Source of the DNA: the human T2T-CHM13v2.0 reference genome, Homo sapiens
Assembly: GCF_009914755.1 (NCBI RefSeq)
Contig: NC_060929.1
Length of the DNA: 64,000 nucleotides
Strand: one strand, 5' to 3'
The number at the start of each line of letters is the position of its first letter. The first letter of the stretch is position 1. Positions 58,620-64,000 of this stretch are shown here, piece after piece. The position numbers were made by a program, and so were the translations under genes. The notes beneath the pieces were generated by a model. The model was not told where the DNA came from and ran no database searches. It saw nothing but the letters and a program-made list of their open reading frames with translations.

Positions 58620-59035
58620 AGAGACCTCACTCAACAGCCCAATCACGTGATGTCTGTCTGTTCTGATGTTGATGATACTGTTGAACTGGTTTACATTCAT
58701 TAAGTCCATTTATTGGTAGTTATTATTTTCCCTCTTACAATTACTGAGTGAAGAGATATTTTGAAATTATGAAATATCATCAAATTTGTATCCACTACAT
58801 TTAGCATCCATGAATGATTCTTGCAAAGTTAGCTATTAGGATGATGGTTGCAAAATGGTGATTTTTCTAAACCCATTATTCCTTCAATATTTATTAGATT
58901 AGCATTCAGCTGTAAGGAAGAGCTTCCCTTATCCCTCATCTATCTGTCTGTCAATTCATCTATTTACCTATCTATTTCATATCAGTAGCAAACCATGGAT
59001 ATTAAATTCACTGAATGAGGTATAATATATTACTA
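58620..59035 (-). mobile_element. L1MC-like 3' fragment
   Basis: tttagcatccatgaatgattcttgc...gctgtaaggaagagcttccctt. Confidence 0.55.
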
Positions 59036-59695
59036 TCTTTTTTTCCTTTCAATAGGTTTATGGAGGAACAGGTGTTGTTTGGTTACATCAATAGATTCTT
59101 TAGTGGTGATTTCTGAGATTTTGGTGCACCCATCACCCTAGCGATGTACACTGTACCCAATGTGTGAGCTTTTATTCCTCACACCCTTCCCAACCATTCC
59201 CTTGAGTCCCCAAATTTCATTGTATCATTCTTATGCCTTTGTGTCTTTATAACTGAGCTCCCACTTATGAGTGAGAACGTACAATATTTGGTTTTCCATC
59301 CCTGAGTTACTTCACTTAGAATAATGGTCTCCAATTCCATCCAGGTTGCTGCAAATGTCATTATTTTGTTCCTTGTTATGGCTGAGTAGTATTCCATGGT
59401 GTGTATATATATATATATATATATATCACATTTTCTTTATACACTTGTCAGTTGATGGACATTTGGGCTGGTTCCATATTCTTGCAATTGTGAATTTTGC
59501 TGCTATAAACATGCATGTGCAAGTATCTTTTTTGTATAATGACTTTTTTTCCTCGGGGTACATACCCAGGAGAGGGATTGATTGCTGGATCAAACGTTAG
59601 ATCTACTGTTAGTTCTTTAAGGAATCTCCACACTGTTTTCCATAGTGGTTGTACTAGTTTATATTCCCACCAACAGTGTAAAAGTGTTCCCTTTT

Positions 59696-60357
<662 letters not shown>

Positions 60358-62533
60358 TATTTTTTTTTTATTTTTTGATGATGGCCATCCTTGCAGAAGT
60401 GAGGTGGTATCACATTGTGGTTTTCATTTACATTTCCCTGATCATTACTGATATTGAGCATTTTTCCATATGCTTGCTGGCCATTTGTATATCTTCTTTT
60501 GAGAATTTTCTATTTGTGTCCTTAGCCCACTTTTTGGTGGGATTGTTTGGTTTATTTCTTGTTAATTCATTTGAGTTCCTTGTAGATTCTGGATATTAGC
60601 CCTTTGTGAGATATATAGATTGCAAAGATTTTCTCTCACTTTGTGGGTTGTCTGTTTAATCTGCTAATTGTTTCTTTTGCTGTGCAAAAGCTTTTTTGGT
60701 TTAATTAGGTCCCATCTATTAATCTTGGTTTTTGTTGCATTTGCTTTTGGGTTCTTGGTCATGAAGTCTTTGCCTAAGCCAATGTCCAGAAGGGTTTTTC
60801 CAACATTATCTTCTAGAATTTTTATGGTTTCATGTCTTGATTTAAGTCCTTGATGCATCTTTAGTTGATTTTTATATAAGGTGAGAGATGAGGATCCAGT
60901 TTCATTCTTCTTCATGTGACTTGCCAGTTATCCCAGCACCAGTTGCTGAATAGGGCGTCCTTTCCCCACATTTTGTTTTTGATTGTTTTGTTGACTACCA
61001 GTTGACTGTAAGTATTTGGATTCATTTCTGAGTTCTCTATTGTGTTCCATTGGTCTATATGTCTATTTTTACACCAGTGTCATGTTGTTTTGGTGACTAT
61101 GGCCTTATAGTATAGTTTGAAGTCAGGTAATGTAATGTCTTCAGATTTCTTCTTTTTGCTTAGTCCTGGTTTGGCTGTGTGGGCTCTTTTTTGATTCCAT
61201 ATACACTTTAGGATATTTTTTCTAGTCTGTGAAAAATGCTGGTGGTGTTTTGATGGAAATTGCATTGAATTTGCAGATTGTTTTTGGCAGAATGGTCATT
61301 TTCACAATATTGATTCTACTCATCCATCAGCATGAAATGTGTTTCCATTTGTTTGTGTCATCTATGATTTCTTTCAGCAGTGTTGTCTGGTTTTCCTTGT
61401 AGAGGTCTTTCACGTGCTTGGTTGAGTATATTCCTAAGTACCTTTTTTTGCAGCTGTTATAAAATGGATTGAGTTACTGCTTTTATTCTCGGCTTGTTTG
61501 CTATTGATGTATAGCAGGGCTACTGATTTGTGTACTTTGATTTTGTATCCTGAAACTTTGCTGAATTCATTTACCAGTTCTAGGAGCTTTTTGGATGAGT
61601 CTTTAGGGTTTTGTTGTCAGTAAACATGGACAATTTGACTTCTTTTTTACTGATTTGGATGCCCTTTATTTCTTTCTCTTGTCCTATTGCTCTGGCTAGG
61701 ACTTCCAGTAATATGTTGCATAGAAGTGGTGAAAGTGGGCATCCTTGTCTTATTCCAGTTCTCAGGGGGAATGCTTTCAATTTTTCCCTGTTTATTATAA
61801 TGTTGAATATGGGTTTGTCATAGATGGTTTTTATCAGCTTAAAGTATGTCCCTTCTATGCCGATTTTGCTGAGGGTTTAATCAAAAGAAGGCTGGATTTT
61901 GTCAAATGCTTTTTCTGCATCTATGGAGATGATCATGTGATTTTTGTACTGTTCATGTGATGTATCATATTTATTGACTTGCAGATGTTAAACCATCCCT
62001 GCATCCCTGGTGTGAATCCTACTTGATGATGGTGGATTATCTTTTTGATATGCTGTTGTATTCAGTTAGCTAGTGTTTTGTTAAGGATTTTTGCATCTCT
62101 ATGTTCATCAGAGATACTGGTCTGTAGTTTTCTTTTCTTTGCTATGTCCTGTCTTGGTTTTGGTATTAGGGTAATAACAGCCTCATAGAATTATTTAGGA
62201 AGGATTCCCTCTTTCTCTGTCTTTGGAATAGTGTGAATAAGATTGGTAACAACCCTTCGAATGTCTGATAAAATTCAGCTGTGAATCTGTCTGGTCCTGG
62301 CCTTTTTTTTTTTTTTTTTTTGTAATTTCTTAATCACCATTTCAATTTTACTGCTTGTTATTAGTATGTTCAGAATTGCTATATTTTTCTGGTTCAATCT
62401 AGGAGGGTTGTATATTTTTAGGAACTTATCCATCTCCTCTAGGTTTTGTATTTTATGTGTGTAAAGGTGTTCATAGTAGCCTTGAATGATCTTTTGTATT
62501 TCTGTGGTATCCGTTGTGATATCTGCTGTTTTG

Positions 62534-62950
62534 TGTTGGAGTGATCAGATCCAACACAAGGTCCTGGGGGTGACAAAGTCTGGTGGAGTCAAAGGATTCA
62601 GAAAAGACAGTTAGATAGAGAAATGTGGGCACCAGGGGGCCATCACAATCATGAAGGTTGCAAAGGCCCCGAGTTCTGGGAGCCCGCGCTATTTATTGGT
62701 AATCCAACAAAGAAACAGGTGGTGAGAATGTGGGGGTCAAAAGGGCAGTAGCATGATCTACAGCTGTGACGGTTTAGCATTTATAAGGAACATGTTCTGC
62801 TACTTGAGATAATGGGAATACAATCGATCTAGGAGCCTAGGAGGGCTAGAAGCAAGGAGTCAGCAAGTCTAGACACATTCCAGAGGACATTATGTCAGAC
62901 ATGCATGCCTTGCCTCAGTTTTCTCCCCAACACTCAGCTTTTTCCCAACA
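62534..62950 (-). mobile_element. ERVK solo LTR (LTR14A/B-like)
   Basis: Minus strand TGTTGGGAAAAAGCTGAGTGTTGGG...GATCACTCCAACA; perfect 6-bp TSD gttttg, typical of betaretrovirus-like ERVs. Confidence 0.85.
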
Positions 62951-64000
62951 GTTTTGTTTCTAATTGAACTTATTTTGTTCTTCTCTCTTCTTTTCTTGGT
63001 TAATCTTGCTAATGGTCTATCAATTTTATTTATCTTTTCAAATAACCAGATTTTTGCTTTATTTATCTTTTGTATTTTTTTTGTTTCAATTTCATTTAGT
63101 TCTGCTCTGATCTTGTTATTTTTCTTCTGCTGGGTTTGGGTTTGGTTTGTTTTTGTTTCTCTAGCTCCATGAGGTGTGACCTTAGATTGTCTATGTGTGC
63201 TCTTTCAGACTTTTTGATGTAGGCATTTAATGCTATGAACTTTCCTCTTAGCACTGCCTTTGCTGTATCCCAGAGATTTTGATAGGTTGTGTCACTATTA
63301 TCATTCAGTTCAAATAATTTTTTAACTTACATCTTTATTTCATTGTTGACGCAATGATCATTCAGAAGCAGGTTATTTAATTTCCATGTTTTTGCATGGT
63401 TTTGAGGGTTCCTTTTGGAATGAACTTCCAATTTTCTTCACTGTGGTCTGAAAGAGTACATGCTATAATTTCAATTTTTTTTTAATTTGTTGAGACTTGT
63501 TTTGTGGCCTTTCATATGGTCTATCTTGGAGAATATTCCATGTGCTGATGAATAGAATGTATATTCTGCAGTTGTCGGGTAGAATGTTCTGTAAATATCT
63601 GTTAAGTTTATTTGTTCTAGGGTATACTTTAAGTCCATTGTTTCTTTGTTGACTTTCTGTCTTGATGACCTGTCTAGTGCTGTCAGTGGAGTATTGAAGT
63701 CCCCCACTATTATTATGTTGCCATATATCTTATTTCTTAGATCTAATAGTAATTGTTTTATAAATTTGGGAGCTCCGGTGTTAGGTGCATATATATTTAG
63801 GATTGTGATATTTTCCTGTTGGACTAGTCCTTTTATGATTATATAATGTGCCTATTTGTCTTTTTTTAACTGCTGTTGCTTTAAAGTCTGTTTTGTCTTA
63901 TATAAGTATAGCTACTCCTGCTCACTTTTGGTGTCCATATGCATAGAATATCTTTTTCTACTCCTTTACCTTAAGTTTCTGTGAGTCCTTATGTGTCAGG

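Overview
Mammalian, almost certainly human, repeat-dense genomic DNA; it is not prokaryotic, and no CRISPR arrays, rRNA or tRNA genes were seen. The only intact protein-coding gene is the 5' half of UGT3A1 (UDP-glycosyltransferase 3A1) on the minus strand. Its coding exons 1-4 (94, 102, 115 and 532 nt; 281 codons) all have canonical GT-AG sites and consistent phases; the remaining exons lie left of the window. Most other sequence is transposon-derived: a MER50-type ERV1 in intron 4, two ERVL relics, THE1/MST elements and an L1MA in intron 2, a ~9-kb MER4-group ERV1 provirus just upstream of the promoter, a nested/tandem MaLR cluster at 45-58 kb, and an L1PB at the right end. The most interesting signals are: (1) an ERV gag-derived splice acceptor in phase with exon 4, with a downstream LTR poly(A) signal, predicting a truncated UGT3A1 isoform; (2) a poly(A)-tailed, TSD-flanked retroposed piece of host sequence inside an L1; (3) a THE1 provirus inserted inside an Alu; (4) an old local duplication and multi-level MaLR nesting. 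I found no convincing evidence of a wholly new biological system. Repeat subfamily names come from recognition by eye, and boundaries are approximate unless TSDs are cited.
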